Assembly: GCF_964194155.1 (NCBI RefSeq)
Contig: NC_135893.1
Coordinates: forward strand, 16,988,001-17,052,000
DNA: 64,000 bases
Origin: Cetorhinus maximus
Lineage: Eukaryota
Reading direction: 5' to 3'
Made by a program: the position numbers and the translations under genes. Below are positions 61,721 through 64,000 of this stretch, one piece after another. The notes under the pieces are model-generated. The model did no database searches, had not been told where the DNA came from, and saw only the letters and a list, made by a program, of their open reading frames with translations. The stretch's first letter is position 1; every line of letters starts with the position of its first letter.

Positions 61721-63276
61721 ACTCAACTATTTTGAACTTTGTATTTTGTTCCAGCCCCATGAAGTCCACTATATTTTTACTGTTTTTACGTTTTCTATGA
61801 GTGCATTGGAATAGAATGAAGAACCAGGTGAACATGCTGTGTGCTGTTTCCTGGCTTTTAATGAAGACACATAATATAATCCAGTGTTTAATGTTTACGC
61901 GAAGGAGAAGTGAAGCGAGTTCCAGTTGGAAGCTCTGCTAACTCCAAACAGCTTTCCAAAAGCTCTTTGAAGGTACTGACTGCTGCATTTTGTTAAGGCT
62001 GGATCTGATCCGATTTAAAATCTCCCAACACCAAGTGAGCAAATCTGTGCAGCGGAGAACAGCTTGTTTGGAATGTCGAATTGGGGTCTTGCTGCCTTGG
62101 AGATGGCAATTTGGTACTGGTGCACTTTAATCCTGTGGGATATCTTTTAATTCACCTCAAATTGCTGCCCTGTCACTGACCCCACCCTCCTCAGCTTGTC
62201 ATCCACAGTATTTTGCCCTCGTGTTTAAAAAAGAACTCTGGTTTGGAAGGACAGAATCTGCTGGGGAGTTCCTGTGTCCCAGTAATGCTGCCTGCTAAAA
62301 GCTTGTTCCAGAACAGCTCATCTACCTTCTCCATTACTTGAGTAGGCAAAAGGGATGGGGTATATATTTAGTTTTATATATATATATTTCTATTTATAGA
62401 GCAGTAGAGATAATGCAATTAAATATTCCAGAGTCACTAATTCAGAATTGGCCACCAAATAGAAAGACATGGCTGTTCGTTTGTAGTTCTTTTGGAATCT
62501 GGAAGTAAATGTTCCCAGTGTCTGTTTGAGGTAACTTGAACAGAACGTGAAACAAATGATGTAATTATTTGCTGCTGACAATATTCGGAGTCCAATTGTA
62601 TGAAATATTTTGTCAGGAACACATGTTAAATGTGTAGTAGGAGTTTTGGCTATTTCTCTCTTTACCTTTCACCCTTTTCTGTCCAGAAAACACTGCCTCT
62701 CACTGGGGTACAGATTGCAGCAGTGATTGCCTCCCTCATCCAACTCGACCATTCCTCATGTGAGTGTTGGCAGGTTATTTGATCACAGCCAGGGCTGGTG
62801 CTGTCCTCCTCGCCCAGTAAATACAATTGGGAGCAGGAGCCCCTCCTTGGTTTTTTTTTCTCTCTCCTCTTTAGTCCAGCGCACTGATGCCAATTCCAAC
62901 ACCCCCACTGCTCTGTGGCTAAGTTAAGCTTAGTACAGACCTAGGGTGGAACCAGTACTTTTGTTGATCTGTAGAGCTCAACTCAATTTGGATAAACTTT
63001 CAGTTGCTGGAGGAGGAGTGGTTCATTTTTTAAAAAATTATCTGAATCAGATTTTGAACTCTTTGAATCTAGAAAAGAACACCTTGAAAGAGAAAATTGA
63101 TACAATTATTTTCCAAGTTGGGGCAAGTAGTTTTCTTTCAGATTCTGTGAATTTCAAACACTTCCTGCTTTTATCTCTAGTTTTAATGTGTGTCTTTTTA
63201 TTTTAAGTGTTGTGGCTTATTGTACACACACAACTGTAGTTTACATTGAGAAGTTGTACAACACAAATTCCACTAA

Positions 63277-63282
63277 AATAAA
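63277..63282 (+). terminator. KLHL21: KLHL21 candidate polyadenylation signal
   Basis: AATAAA with upstream TGTA elements and a downstream GT-rich tract (ttgatttgtttttgg). Implies a ~2.25-kb 3' UTR. Confidence 0.6.
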
Positions 63283-64000
63283 ATGCGTTTACTCAAGGAT
63301 TTAGCTTGATTTGTTTTGGTCAAAGTAGTTTATTGCAGACTTAATATCAAGTCTTTGTCACTTTAATGCAGTCATGGGATAAAATTTTCCTTCCTGACTG
63401 TGAATGTGAAACAAACATGAAGAGGCCCAACACCATTCCCATCGAGATAAATACTTGCATTTACGGAGTGCTGTGAGGAACCTGTTTTTGGAAAATTTGA
63501 ATTGAATTTTGGACGTTCTTCCTCCTGAGTTTTTTAAAAGTTTGCAATATTAATTCGGGGCTGTGAACATGCTATTCTCCAAGAAACCATGGGTCAAGGT
63601 CGATGTCCAGTGGGGAACACCTGGAAAGGGAAGAGATACTTTTGTATATCTAAGTTACCAAAGAACTGCTGTTGCCAGGCTAAAAGACCGTTGCTAATTG
63701 GTTTAAAAACACCTGGCCTGAGACGAATATTCTTTGATCATCTTAGCCTTTAAAACTCTGTCAGAGGGAGTATGTGGGTGTGTGCCTTAGAAACAAGCTG
63801 CAAGGAAAAGACGCACTTTCCCACTCTCTGCCCCACCTTTTTGTGTTAAACCTTCCTCAGAAACGTCTCAACAGGATAACTTAGGTTTTTTTTTTGAAAG
63901 TCTGTTTCACCAACAAATCCGTCTGAAAGAACTTCAAGACCTATTGTGACCAGAATTCTGTTAGATGACAATGTTGAGATCTCTTTGAATTTTATCCTTT

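Overview
Vertebrate nuclear DNA, and the repeat content points to a shark or other elasmobranch. It holds three intact spliced genes in the same order and relative orientation as human 1p36.31: THAP3 (minus, 4 coding exons, ~222 aa), PHF13 (minus, 4 coding exons, 341 aa) and KLHL21 (plus, 4 coding exons, 603 aa). The rest is mostly decayed retroelements: CR1, L2, RTE, Penelope-like elements and Deu-domain SINEs. Most ORFs in the supplied track are spurious. Most notable: (1) about 10 short Penelope-derived inserts carrying minimal hammerhead-ribozyme motifs, four with clear target-site duplications, three palindromic, one with an apparently intact core, and the better-preserved cores lie antisense to the host gene; (2) a degenerate tandem amplification of the THAP3 exon 1/donor junction through intron 1; (3) splice acceptors just before the PHF13 and KLHL21 start codons, suggesting non-coding first exons from a shared CpG island; (4) a duplicated hairpin-forming ~90-nt element in PHF13 intron 3; (5) a 21 x 27-bp array inside a CR1 ORF2; (6) two CTCF-like motif clusters. 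Exon coordinates were read by hand from splice signals. Repeat boundaries are approximate, and gene and repeat names come from recalled homology, not database searches.
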